Virus record (IMG/VR): IMGVR_UViG_3300008448_000085
Coordinates: 1-59,711 of that record
Reading direction: 5' to 3' (one strand)
DNA from: a virus
Lineage: Duplodnaviria > Caudoviricetes
Length of the DNA stretch: 59,711 nucleotides
A program made the position numbers and the translations under genes. This document shows, in pieces, positions 34,308-43,902 of this stretch (positions within the stretch are counted from its first letter, which is position 1; each line of letters begins with the position of its first letter). The notes under the pieces are model-generated. The model had not been told where the DNA came from. It ran no database searches and worked only from the letters and a program-made list of their open reading frames with translations.

Positions 34308-36722
34308 CTATTTGCGAACGACCCGCGGCGAGTTTTGGACTTTGCCTAATGCGCTCATATACTGCTGGGCAATCTGCTTGTTGCGTGCGTTCTGCGCGTC
34401 CTGCATCTTGAATCGCATCTGCTGCTGTGCCAGCGGAGTCATAACGCCCGTGCGATCCATGACATCGCCAAGTTGGCCGATGGCATTGTTGCGGGCGGCG
34501 TCGTTGGAGTTATTGAACGACCCGTACGCGGACCCGAGCTGTGAACCCAGTGCGCCGACCTGCCCAGCGCCTTGTTGCAGGGCGGAACCAAGGAGGGCTG
34601 CGCCGTCACGCGGAACATTGGCGTAGAACTGATTCATGCCGTTGTTGAGCTGGCCATACCCGCCGGCCAAGGCGCGCCGCACATTGCCGAGGCCCGCATT
34701 CATCCAGCCGTTCAAAAGGCTGTCATTAGCGGCCATGGATGAGCCGAGCTGATTGCGGCTTGCCTGCCCGGTCTGCATCAGATAGCGGGCAATTGGCGAA
34801 GAGTTGATATCATTCCGCGACTGGTTAATCGCGTCGTAACCCTGTCCGAGCGACGAGCCAATTCCAGAACTAGACTGCGAAAAGTCGCTGTTGATTCCGC
34901 TCAGGGCGGTGTTCAGCATGCCCGGGAGTGCATTGGCCTGCCGTGCCGTAGACTGCAACGACCCAAAAGCGTTGGCTCCATCGCGGTCGATGCCCTGCAT
35001 GGCGGTGCCCATCATGCCGGGGATGTTGCTGTTAATCGACGCCAAGCCGCTGTTGAGGTTGGCGTATCCGGCATCTCCAGCGGAACGAATGCCCTGCATG
35101 CCCGAAGCGAACATGCCAGGGATGTTCGCCAGTTGATCTGACAATGTGCCGATCTGGCTGTAGGCCGAACCGCCGGCGCCGTCGATCACATTCCCGCCCG
35201 CGGCCCCGTAGCCGCCCATGGCGTTGTTGATGGATGAGGTGGTGTTGCCAATGGCGTTCCCGCCCGCGGCGCCAGTGCCGGCAAGTCCCATGAGAACGCC
35301 GCTGTCGGCTGCGCTCATCTGGCCCGCGCCAAAGGGAGCTTGGCTAGGAAACGGCGGCAGCGATTGCGGCCTTTGATACCAGGCCGGGGAAGAGGGCGGG
35401 GCGAATGCGCCCGCGGAACCAGCGCCGCCGCCGAACGAGCCGCCGCCCGATGGGGAATAGCTGCCCGAAGCGTAACCGAGCGGCTCGCCGGCAGCGGTCA
35501 TGCTCACGCCGCCACCCGACCCACCGCCGCCACCAAATGCGTTCGCTGCCACGCCGATCTGGCCAAGCCCAAGCTCCCTGGCAAGCCCGAGCTTCGCCAT
35601 GTCGGCCCGATAGCTCGCGCCGGTGTTGTAGGCCCCCAGGTCTGTGTTCGCCAGTGAGGCAAGGAGGTTTGCCCTCGCCCCCTGTGAGGCAGCACCGTAC
35701 TGCGACTGCGCGTTGCCGAGCGAGCCGTACATGCCGCCCAAGGCCGAATTGGTCGCCCCGCCGAACTGGCCGGCTGCGGTTCCAAGGGTGCCGTAGAGAT
35801 TGGCGCCGGCGTTCGCGAGGCTTCCGCCAAGGTTCGCCGCAGAGTTGCCAAGCGACCCCGCCGCGGCCCCGTACGCCTGCCCCATCGTCCCGGCCATGTT
35901 GCCGTAGGCGCCAGCGAGGTTGCCGCCGAGGGCGGCGTTGGAAGAGTTGTAGCTGTTGAGTGCCGCGCCGTAGGCAGAACCCAGTGCGCCTGCGGTATTG
36001 CCCCGAGCCGTTGACAGGCCAGTTCCAAGATTGCCGGCTGAATTCGCCAGCCCACCCAACACGCTGCCGTAAGCGGTCCCGAGCGAGCCTGCGGCGTTGG
36101 CTCTCGCCGCGGAAGTGCCGGTCCCGAGCTGACTGTAGGCGTTGGCTCCAGCGTTGCCCAGGGAGGCGGCGGACGATCCAAGGTTCGCCAGCGCGCTGTT
36201 CCGGGACGCACCGTACGAACTCATGGCCCCTTGGTTCGCAGCCTGCATGTCGGCCATGGCCTTGTAGGCCGCAGACTGATTTTGGGCTTGGGCGCCAAAC
36301 GCCCCGCCCATCATCTGGCCCATCGCGCTCAGGCCAGATGTCCCGAGATTGGCGGCAGCGATCTGCCGAGCTGTCTCGGTCTGCCCCATGGCGGCAGTCT
36401 GGTTGGAATAAAGATTTTGAAGATTGGTGCCGTAGTTGTTGTACAGCCCCGCCAACGACGAGCCGATCTGGCCAAGCCCTTGGGCGTAACTGCCATACGC
36501 ATTGGCCCCCGAGTTTGCGTAGTTGCCGTAAATATTGCCCGGCTGGCCGTACAGCGTGCCCTGAGCGCCGGCCTGGGCGGCACCGACCTGTCCTTGGGCG
36601 GCAGCTTGAGCGGCCCCGATTTGCCCCTGTGCCTTCAAATGCTCGGCGGCGGTTTTTGCGGCCGCAGCCTGCGAAACCGGATCGCCCTTAAAGGTGTAAT
36701 TCGGGACCTTGATAAATGCCAT
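34308..36722 (-). CDS. G/A/S/N-rich DNA pilot/ejection-tube protein candidate (804 aa)
   Basis: 11-residue periodicity; late motif and RBS upstream. Confidence 0.7.
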   Translation of the reverse strand: MAFIKVPNYTFKGDPVSQAAAAKTAAEHLKAQGQIGAAQAAAQGQVGAAQAGAQGTLYGQPGNIYGNYANSGANAYGSYAQGLGQIGSSLAGLYNNYGTNLQNLYSNQTAAMGQTETARQIAAANLGTSGLSAMGQMMGGAFGAQAQNQSAAYKAMADMQAANQGAMSSYGASRNSALANLGSSAASLGNAGANAYSQLGTGTSAARANAAGSLGTAYGSVLGGLANSAGNLGTGLSTARGNTAGALGSAYGAALNSYNSSNAALGGNLAGAYGNMAGTMGQAYGAAAGSLGNSAANLGGSLANAGANLYGTLGTAAGQFGGATNSALGGMYGSLGNAQSQYGAASQGARANLLASLANTDLGAYNTGASYRADMAKLGLARELGLGQIGVAANAFGGGGGSGGGVSMTAAGEPLGYASGSYSPSGGGSFGGGAGSAGAFAPPSSPAWYQRPQSLPPFPSQAPFGAGQMSAADSGVLMGLAGTGAAGGNAIGNTTSSINNAMGGYGAAGGNVIDGAGGSAYSQIGTLSDQLANIPGMFASGMQGIRSAGDAGYANLNSGLASINSNIPGMMGTAMQGIDRDGANAFGSLQSTARQANALPGMLNTALSGINSDFSQSSSGIGSSLGQGYDAINQSRNDINSSPIARYLMQTGQASRNQLGSSMAANDSLLNGWMNAGLGNVRRALAGGYGQLNNGMNQFYANVPRDGAALLGSALQQGAGQVGALGSQLGSAYGSFNNSNDAARNNAIGQLGDVMDRTGVMTPLAQQQMRFKMQDAQNARNKQIAQQYMSALGKVQNSPRVVRK

Positions 36723-36731
36723 GCGATTCTC

Positions 36732-36747
36732 CTACTGACTATTGTCC
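36732..36747 (-). promoter_or_regulatory. Putative late promoter motif
   Basis: GGACAAT-AGTCA-GTAG. Confidence 0.65.
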
Positions 36748-37770
36748 TCAAGCCACATTCTTCTCCACCTTCCCCTTGGGGGTGAACGAGATGTCTTTTG
36801 TCCCATCCTCCTCAAGTGCACAAGTTTCAGCGTTAAATTTGTATTTTGGCACCTTGATGGTTTCCTTGGTGCCGGTAAATACGTGCGTGTGCGCAAGGAG
36901 TTTGGCGGATTCCCCGGGGTCCCCCTTGTCCCCCTTGGGGCCTCGCCCCTGCATGATGTTTATCACCACGTTTGTGACATAGTCCACCAAGTTAATGGTG
37001 GTGTCGTTGTCGTTGATGAAGGTTCTGCTATCGGTGAGAAACGTATCGCCTTCATGGAAGACATCGCCCAAATGCGTGACAGTGGACTCGTTTATCACAT
37101 CGCCCTGATTGACGGTGTTGTCAAAGTAGGAGTCGCCCTCAAAGTTGTTGACCGTCTGGCTGTAGGTGTTTTGCGTGGTTTGGAGAGTTGTTGAAAAGTC
37201 GTTGTAGCTGTTGTCCGTATACTGGTTGTTGTACCAGTTGCTGATGTTGTTGTTGTTGACGGAGTTGTCGGAGTTGTTGATGGAATTGTTGTAGGTGAAA
37301 TAATCGGACTGGGAATTTAGGTTGAAGTTCTGGGCGTTGCTAAAGTTGTTGGTGGTTTGGTAGTTGTCGCCGTAGAACAAGTCGCCGCCAAAGTAGCTGC
37401 TGGCGTTGCCGCCAAACAAATTGCTGACGTTGGAGGTTAGGTAGTTGTTGTTCGTATTGCCGCCGTAGCTATTGAAGTTCCAGACGTTGGGCGGGTATTG
37501 GTTTACGGGCCGGTCGCCGTAGCCGTTGTAATAGTCTTGCAGGTTGCTGCCGCCCGCACTGCGGTTCGCTACAGAGCCAACGCCAGGCGGCGTGGTGATG
37601 ACACCGGCTCGCGGGGCTTGGCTGCCGGCGGCGGTATTGATGGATACCGGGCCGTTCTGCCGCAAGCCCTGGATGCAATTGGCAAATACTTGCAGGAGAG
37701 CCTGCGACTGCTGCTGGCCGGCGGGAAGCGCCAGAGCTGAAGCAAGGGCATTGCTTTGTTGCGTGTACAT
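36748..37770 (-). CDS. Asn-rich tail-associated protein with short collagen repeat
   Basis: N/Y/S-rich core; GPKGDKGDPG. Confidence 0.7.
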   Translation of the reverse strand: MYTQQSNALASALALPAGQQQSQALLQVFANCIQGLRQNGPVSINTAAGSQAPRAGVITTPPGVGSVANRSAGGSNLQDYYNGYGDRPVNQYPPNVWNFNSYGGNTNNNYLTSNVSNLFGGNASSYFGGDLFYGDNYQTTNNFSNAQNFNLNSQSDYFTYNNSINNSDNSVNNNNISNWYNNQYTDNSYNDFSTTLQTTQNTYSQTVNNFEGDSYFDNTVNQGDVINESTVTHLGDVFHEGDTFLTDSRTFINDNDTTINLVDYVTNVVINIMQGRGPKGDKGDPGESAKLLAHTHVFTGTKETIKVPKYKFNAETCALEEDGTKDISFTPKGKVEKNVA

Positions 37771-40136
37771 TACGCAGTGACTCCGCCGATGGTGACGCCG
37801 TGCAGCACAATCGGGGAGCCGGACTGAGAGCCAGACAAATTTACGGCGAGATGGCGGTCGGCGCCGGCGGAGCGGTCATTGGCGCGACCGGAGTAGCGGG
37901 CCGTAGAGTACCCCGTGGAGTCACCAAGCGCCGACCTCGCCGTGCGCATGTCGATGACCACGCCGGTCGGGGAGGCCACAACCCCCTCGCCGCGGTCGGA
38001 ATTGACGGCATTCTGACGGTATGTGGGCGAGTTGTTGTAGTGGACCCGAAGCGTCAAGTCAGACGTTGTCGCCGTAGGCTTGTACAAAACTCCGATCTGA
38101 CGGGTCGGCTCATCCGTGATTGTCATCGGCCCGGTGCGGAGTTCGTAGGGGATGGATGCCGTGGTGTTTCCGCTGGAGTCCACAAGCCCAGAGTTTGCCG
38201 CAAGCAGTTTCCCATCGGACGATCCGCAGACAAGGGATTGTTTGCCGTTGACGCGGATGATGGTCGATGCCCCAACGCCCTGCGGATAAACCTCTTCCCA
38301 CCAAGTCTTCGTTGCGAGGCAATAGCACAGCGCCCGCGGGGGAATGACGCCGTCCGTGGACTTGCAGTAGTGAAAGCGAATCACCCTGGCCGGCGGATCG
38401 GCCTGCACAAAGAAGTTTGCGGACTTGGAGAAGTCGATTACGCCGTCGCGCCAGTAGTCATCCACCGCAGCGGACAGTGGCTCCATGGAAGAGCCGTCGA
38501 ATCCGTACATGCCGAATGAGTCCACGCAATACAGCCCGCCTTCAAACGTCGCCCAGCACCGCTTGTTGAGAAGCCCGCGGTAACCGGCCAGCGTGATGGC
38601 GGCATCGATGACGGGCTGTGCGACATATGTGAGCCGATACATATGCCGTTCCTGAGCCACAAGCATCATGGCGCCATACGGGATCAGTGCGATGACTTTG
38701 TCTTGCGATCCCGTGTTGTTCTGAATCACCACTTCGTTCACATCGGGCACGGACTCTGGCTCGTCCACTTCGGAGAACAAGAGCGAGTTGGGCCGCGTGC
38801 CGTTTGTGTTGGCGCCGTACCACGCCCTGTCCTGGAACCAACAGGCATCCTCCATGTCTGTCGGAGGAACAACGAATCGATATGCATTGAGTTGGCCTGA
38901 CGGCAACGTGATCGGCATCAGGGCATAGCCGGATCGCGTAGAATCGATGAGCGTGGCTTCGTCCATGGTGTCGGTGTACGTGGACGGCAGGACGCCACCA
39001 GACTTTTCCAGAAGGGCGATGCGATAAAGCACCACCGCTTGGTTGGCAGACGTTCTCCACAGCTCCACGGCTGCAACGCGAGAATCGGCACCAGAGTTGG
39101 ACCAGTTCCAAACAAAAGCCGAGGCTCCGCTGGCAGCTTCTACGGTCACAAGCTCTGACAGGCTGGAGGGAACAGGCCCGCCGTCAGCGATGAGCGTGTT
39201 GTCAATGTATCTGTAGCCGCATCGGTATGAGCCACGCATCGGGGCGCGGATGAGCGCTTCGGCCCGCGCGGCAGTTCCCAAGACGCTTGCCGTGGGGATG
39301 ACCGCGTACGCGCCACGCGAGGTAATCACGGGATTGGTGGGGGCGCCAGTTTCGTCGGCAATGCAGTAGGCTGCGGCGCCAGACCCGCTAATTGAAGAGA
39401 ACTGCACGGGCACAGTGCCGGCAAATCCGGTTCCGCCAGTAACGGTCAGAGCCGTAACGGAGTACGACATTACGCACTTCACGGCAGCGGAAGTTCCGCC
39501 GCTCACGGCATAAATGGTCGCCGTAGCCGCAGCCGTTGCACCCGAGCCGGGATTGATTACCCGCACTCCGCTGACGCGGCCATCAGTGATGTCCACTTCT
39601 CCGATGGCGCCCGTGAATCCGGTGTTGCCGAAGAAACTGATGGTCGCCCCGTTTGTGTACCCCGACCCAGCGTTAGTGGGAATGACCGCGGCCACGCCAC
39701 CGTCCACCCCAACGGACACCGTGGCACCGCTACCTCGCCCGCCAGAAATGGCGACCTGCGGGCGGGAGGTGTAGTCGCGGCCGGCATTGGTGATGACTAC
39801 ATTGGCCACGCCGCCGTTCTTGAGGCGAGCGAGGCCCTGCGCATGCCGCGTGTCGCCAGAGGTCAGGCCACCTCCCGAGAACGTGACCGTGGGTGGTTGA
39901 TAATATCCCCCACCAGAAGCAATGACTTCGACTGCCGCAACGATGTTTGCTGTCGATGCGGTCGTAGTCATGGTCAGCGCAGCTGTCGGCGCCTGCATGC
40001 CGATGTACTCAGCTTCGCCCGATCCGGACCAGCGAATTCCCCTGCCTCCGCCGTTTACGCCGTAGATGTACTTGTGTCGCCCCTTGAACAGCGAAACCTT
40101 GGTCGAACCCGTCAGCGTGGCGCCGTTGATCTTCAT
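37770..40136 (-). CDS. Tail tubular/nozzle-type protein with Gly-rich repeats (788 aa)
   Basis: G.GY...PTV.F.GG repeats; C-terminal beta-rich region (LLFSEVDEPES); follows adaptor gene. Confidence 0.7.
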   Translation of the reverse strand: MKINGATLTGSTKVSLFKGRHKYIYGVNGGGRGIRWSGSGEAEYIGMQAPTAALTMTTTASTANIVAAVEVIASGGGYYQPPTVTFSGGGLTSGDTRHAQGLARLKNGGVANVVITNAGRDYTSRPQVAISGGRGSGATVSVGVDGGVAAVIPTNAGSGYTNGATISFFGNTGFTGAIGEVDITDGRVSGVRVINPGSGATAAATATIYAVSGGTSAAVKCVMSYSVTALTVTGGTGFAGTVPVQFSSISGSGAAAYCIADETGAPTNPVITSRGAYAVIPTASVLGTAARAEALIRAPMRGSYRCGYRYIDNTLIADGGPVPSSLSELVTVEAASGASAFVWNWSNSGADSRVAAVELWRTSANQAVVLYRIALLEKSGGVLPSTYTDTMDEATLIDSTRSGYALMPITLPSGQLNAYRFVVPPTDMEDACWFQDRAWYGANTNGTRPNSLLFSEVDEPESVPDVNEVVIQNNTGSQDKVIALIPYGAMMLVAQERHMYRLTYVAQPVIDAAITLAGYRGLLNKRCWATFEGGLYCVDSFGMYGFDGSSMEPLSAAVDDYWRDGVIDFSKSANFFVQADPPARVIRFHYCKSTDGVIPPRALCYCLATKTWWEEVYPQGVGASTIIRVNGKQSLVCGSSDGKLLAANSGLVDSSGNTTASIPYELRTGPMTITDEPTRQIGVLYKPTATTSDLTLRVHYNNSPTYRQNAVNSDRGEGVVASPTGVVIDMRTARSALGDSTGYSTARYSGRANDRSAGADRHLAVNLSGSQSGSPIVLHGVTIGGVTA

Positions 40137-40402
40137 GTCGGCCCCTTGGCGTAGAACAGGACCCCGGACGAATTCTGGTACACCACCGTCTCCAGCGTGC
40201 CGCTCTGAAACCTTTGAAGGGTTGTGATTGGGACGGTCGATCCGGAGTGGGTGGTCCAAGACATCGCCGCCAAGCCCTTGCGAACAGACAGCTGGCCGGG
40301 ACTCAGGCACTGCAGATTCACTTGCGTTACTGCGGCGCCGGGCGGCAGGGCGTACGGGCTTATGTTGGTAGCCAGCCCGCCCCACTTTTCAATGATGATC
40401 AT
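40133..40402 (-). CDS. Small protein resembling a nozzle N-terminus
   Basis: WGGLATNISPYALPPGAA..QVNL....GQLSVRKG; ATGA-coupled both sides. Confidence 0.6.
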   Translation of the reverse strand: MIIIEKWGGLATNISPYALPPGAAVTQVNLQCLSPGQLSVRKGLAAMSWTTHSGSTVPITTLQRFQSGTLETVVYQNSSGVLFYAKGPT

Positions 40403-41547
40403 ACGCCCTCGTCTGCCTTGAGAGGACTTCGCCAGCCACCGTCATGCCAGATTTCTCGCGTCCTGCCAGACAGCGGAGCCAGCTGATCCTGCTCCAGGGC
40501 AAGCCGAAGGTCGCGCTGGTATGCGCCAAAGGACTGCTCGGCCTTGCCGCCCCGAATCCTGTCCAGCCAATACGCCGCGCAAGAGTGCAACGCGGTCTGC
40601 ATGTGCCTCGCAACGTCTGCGGGGTCGGTTACGATGCCAGCGACACTGTCCGATGTGTGCGCGCCGACAACAACGCTGTCATTGGCGAGTTCCGCCATCT
40701 GGATATCTTGGATCAGCAACTCCTCCACGTACGGAGTGAGCGACTCCAGCGGTCCCGGGTACTGACTGACGGCGGTGCCTAGGCGAAGCACAGAGCCGAC
40801 CATGCTGGACGAGAACGAGCCATCGGCCGTGTACAGCCACAGCCCGTCCCCGGCGTTAGAGAGCTGCGCAAACCTTGCCGCAGGCTCATGGCCGCTCCAC
40901 CGCATCTGCCGCGGGTAACGGCGGTAGGTGAAGTCCAAGGTTTCCTGAGAGGTCGGATATCCAACGAGCTTGAGGATGTACCCCGATCCATTCGGGTTCT
41001 TGAGGACCGTCCAGTGCCACGGGCGACCCGATCTGTTGCCGACGCGCTCCAGCTTCATCGCCTCGTCGGGCTTCAGGTACAGGCCCGACCACCAGTTGAA
41101 CTCGTTGCTCGGCTCATCCATGTTTCGGAAGTCGGCCGGCAAGGCGTAGTCGGTCTGGTGCAGGACGTACGCCTGACCAGCCGAATAGTTGCTGGGGAAC
41201 GTGAGCGTTGGGTCCAGCGTCAGGACGGTGCTGGATGTCCGAGTGGCAACCTTGGCAATTAACCGCCCAATAGCAACCGACCCAGACTCAGCCCAGGTCG
41301 GCCATGAGCCGCCCGTGAGCGTGAGCTGGTTGTTGGAGGCGTTGAACGCCACCGTCCCAGTCTGATACTGGGGCTGGGTAATGACCCGGCCGTGCGTGTA
41401 GTAGTGCGACCACTCGTTGATTGTGGTCACTTCGCTGTACGCACGCTGCACGGCCGTGCGGATGTCACGCTGCTCGGCGTCCTGCGGGCCACCATAGGAG
41501 GAGACGATGAGGTTTTCCACCAGATCGAAATAGGTCAAATAGCTCAT
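40399..41547 (-). CDS. Head-tail adaptor (tail tubular protein A-like)
   Basis: IRTAVQRAYSEV...DYALPADFR motif; context. Confidence 0.7.
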   Translation of the reverse strand: MSYLTYFDLVENLIVSSYGGPQDAEQRDIRTAVQRAYSEVTTINEWSHYYTHGRVITQPQYQTGTVAFNASNNQLTLTGGSWPTWAESGSVAIGRLIAKVATRTSSTVLTLDPTLTFPSNYSAGQAYVLHQTDYALPADFRNMDEPSNEFNWWSGLYLKPDEAMKLERVGNRSGRPWHWTVLKNPNGSGYILKLVGYPTSQETLDFTYRRYPRQMRWSGHEPAARFAQLSNAGDGLWLYTADGSFSSSMVGSVLRLGTAVSQYPGPLESLTPYVEELLIQDIQMAELANDSVVVGAHTSDSVAGIVTDPADVARHMQTALHSCAAYWLDRIRGGKAEQSFGAYQRDLRLALEQDQLAPLSGRTREIWHDGGWRSPLKADEGV

Positions 41548-41606
41548 GCTTGAACCGTCACAGTCCGGTGGTTAGGTGGCTTGGCCGAGAAGCGAGTCAA
41601 AATAGG

Positions 41607-41900
41607 TCACGCCTCGGCAATCAGCGTCACGCCCAAGCCACCCGGCTGCTGCGGCGGGATGGTGTCTTCAGCAACAAACGACAGCGTTGCTGCCGCCGAG
41701 CGATTGCCCGCATCGTCAATGTCCACCAAGGACAGAATCACGTTGTCGCCCTGGGTGACGGTCAGGTCATCGAACTTGGAGGCTGGCCCCTCGTAGGACT
41801 TCTCCGACGATTCGCCGTTCACGGTCACGGTCAACAGGCGGGCGACAACATCGGCATCAGAGGCAGGGGCAGCGACAACGCTGTAGATCAACTGGTTCAT
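41607..41900 (-). CDS. Small Ig/Fn3-like acidic protein
   Basis: DIDDAGNRS...DTIPPQQP; AAGGA RBS. Confidence 0.65.
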   Translation of the reverse strand: MNQLIYSVVAAPASDADVVARLLTVTVNGESSEKSYEGPASKFDDLTVTQGDNVILSLVDIDDAGNRSAAATLSFVAEDTIPPQQPGGLGVTLIAEA

Positions 41901-41989
41901 GGTGCTATTCCTTTGGTAAACAGACAAACATTGAGGGACAATAAGGGCGCGGCGAAGACGTTCGATGGCGGCGGCGGTAGACCAAAACA

Positions 41990-42277
41990 TCACTCCTCCG
42001 ACGATAGCACCGCATCTCGGTACTCGGCCTCGGTGATCTCTGCTGCGGCACCGCTGCCAATCATGTAGCCAAGCATCTGCTCGGCAGCAGGGTAGGCACA
42101 GAACTCGTCATTGACTGCCAGAACAATGCGGCCGGCTGCGTCCCGTGGAGCGACGGCGGCGGGGTCAATGCACGTCTGCGTCTTCGTCTCGGCGTTCGGG
42201 TGGCCCCATGCGGCATCCAGTGCAAGCCTTGCCTGCTCGTACACCTCGTCGCCAGCCTCGCAGCGGAAGTATCTCAT
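41990..42277 (-). CDS. Hypothetical protein (possible fibre chaperone)
   Basis: ATGA-coupled to fibre gene. Confidence 0.6.
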   Translation of the reverse strand: MRYFRCEAGDEVYEQARLALDAAWGHPNAETKTQTCIDPAAVAPRDAAGRIVLAVNDEFCAYPAAEQMLGYMIGSGAAAEITEAEYRDAVLSSEE

Positions 42278-43029
42278 GCAACGCTGATCCCCCACTTCTT
42301 GCCGAGCCCACGCTCCGCCTTAGAGATATCGGACGAGGACAAGGCTGCGGCATATGCGATGCACTCGGAGAGGTACATGGATGCTCCTGCGGCCTCTGGA
42401 AATCGGAGGGCTGCGGTAGTTGCAGAAAAAACCGCACTTGCATCATTTTTAGCCGCAACGTCTACGCCGTTTCTGCGGAATCGCATCTGCGAGCCGTGTC
42501 TGTACGCTGTCAAAATAACCGGAGAAGTGTAGTCAGATGCAGTCAGGCTGAGTGGCCCCATTCTTCCGCCAGCCGATGCCGTAACAACGTCAAAAAAGAA
42601 ATTGACCCCACCAAAGAATGTTGAGAAAAACATTCTCCCGTTGCTTTGGTTATCTGATCCAAAGCTAATAGTGCCGCTACTTGCTGTTGGCGGCTGAAAC
42701 GCCGCCATTATCAGCGTAAGAGTCGGGCTTGTTGTCGGGGATAATACATAGTCGCTGATCTTTGCTGTAGTTGTAATGATGTCGTTAGTGTCAAAAAACA
42801 GCGTCGGCTTTCCGTTCGCGCCAGTCGCTTGATACGTCGGCTGGTTGTTCGCCGTGCCTTGCGTGGCATGAAACCCGTTGCCGCTCAGGTCGTTCACTTG
42901 CGAAACGGTGGAACCGTTGAATGTGAGCGATGACGTATTGGCAACGTCTAGCCACAGCTTCAGCCCGCTGATGCTCTTCGGGTTGAAGCCGCTGGCTCGC
43001 GGCCGCAGGAGTCTGGGCGACTGTGGCAT
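42274..43029 (-). CDS. Lectin/LamG-like receptor-binding protein candidate
   Basis: SISGLKLWLD...VSQVNDLSGNGFHATQ...LGKKWGI. Confidence 0.7.
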   Translation of the reverse strand: MPQSPRLLRPRASGFNPKSISGLKLWLDVANTSSLTFNGSTVSQVNDLSGNGFHATQGTANNQPTYQATGANGKPTLFFDTNDIITTTAKISDYVLSPTTSPTLTLIMAAFQPPTASSGTISFGSDNQSNGRMFFSTFFGGVNFFFDVVTASAGGRMGPLSLTASDYTSPVILTAYRHGSQMRFRRNGVDVAAKNDASAVFSATTAALRFPEAAGASMYLSECIAYAAALSSSDISKAERGLGKKWGISVA

Positions 43030-43030
43030 C

Positions 43031-43360
43031 TCAGCCCTTTGCCATGACGGTCATCGCGCAGGTGGTGGCGCCAGCAACGACGGGCACCACGTAGTTCGAT
43101 GAGAAACACGCATCCGGCACTGGGTGAATGCCGATGGTCAGGGCGGTGGTCACGGCCGAGCCGTCCGCGTAGACCTGGCGCGGGGTGACGGCGGGGTCCA
43201 CGGTGCCGTACCAGTTGATCAGCGTGGCGCCATTGGTATTGGCAACCATGACGCAAGCGCCGCCAAAGCGACCGAAGGGAAACATCCCAGAGGTGGTTGC
43301 CGCCGACGAGTTGGCGGTGACAACCATGCCGGGGGAGAAGTGACGAGCAATCTCATTCAT
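43031..43360 (-). CDS. Small virion protein
   Basis: Beta-rich, coupled. Confidence 0.65.
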   Translation of the reverse strand: MNEIARHFSPGMVVTANSSAATTSGMFPFGRFGGACVMVANTNGATLINWYGTVDPAVTPRQVYADGSAVTTALTIGIHPVPDACFSSNYVVPVVAGATTCAMTVMAKG

Positions 43361-43902
43361 CGGTTCTTGACCCTGTATGCGTGTTTCTCAATGACCTTTT
43401 CGCGGAGTTCGGAAGTCTTGGCGCCCGGGTTTTTTTTCTTTTCCCGGCGCACCAAGTCTTTGACGATGGATTCGTTGATCAGCTTTCGTTGCGGGGCGGA
43501 TGGGCCGGGGTCGTAGTTCACGCTCCCGGTCACCATCATCCGGCGTTCCTTGGCGACGTTCAGAACGTCATCGTTGGATGACACCCAAGCCTTGGGGTCG
43601 CGCCAGCCGCGGTGATCTGCGATGCCGCCGCAGTAGTACTTGCCAGAGATGTTGATGCCGGCCTGACGAGCCTCGTCCGACACGTACTTGGCCTGCCTCG
43701 CAGGCATGGCGTCCAGCTGCTGGTTGTTCATCCGGCCTTCCATGAAGGCTCGGTCAGTCCCTTGGGTCCCCGGAGGGCACTGAAGGGCGACCATGGCCGC
43801 CCATCGCTCGCCGTAGCCCATGTCAAGGACGCGCTTGTAATGTTGCTGCACCGCCGCGGAGGCAGAGGCGATCTCAAGCGGCAGAGCTGTTGACGTACTC
43901 AT
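43357..43902 (-). CDS. Hypothetical phage protein
   Basis: AAGGAG RBS; MSTSTALPLEIA. Confidence 0.7.
   Translation of the reverse strand: MSTSTALPLEIASASAAVQQHYKRVLDMGYGERWAAMVALQCPPGTQGTDRAFMEGRMNNQQLDAMPARQAKYVSDEARQAGINISGKYYCGGIADHRGWRDPKAWVSSNDDVLNVAKERRMMVTGSVNYDPGPSAPQRKLINESIVKDLVRREKKKNPGAKTSELREKVIEKHAYRVKNR

Noticed and set aside
42274-43029. Diversity-generating retroelement target
   Set aside because: No reverse transcriptase and no TR/VR repeat pair found.
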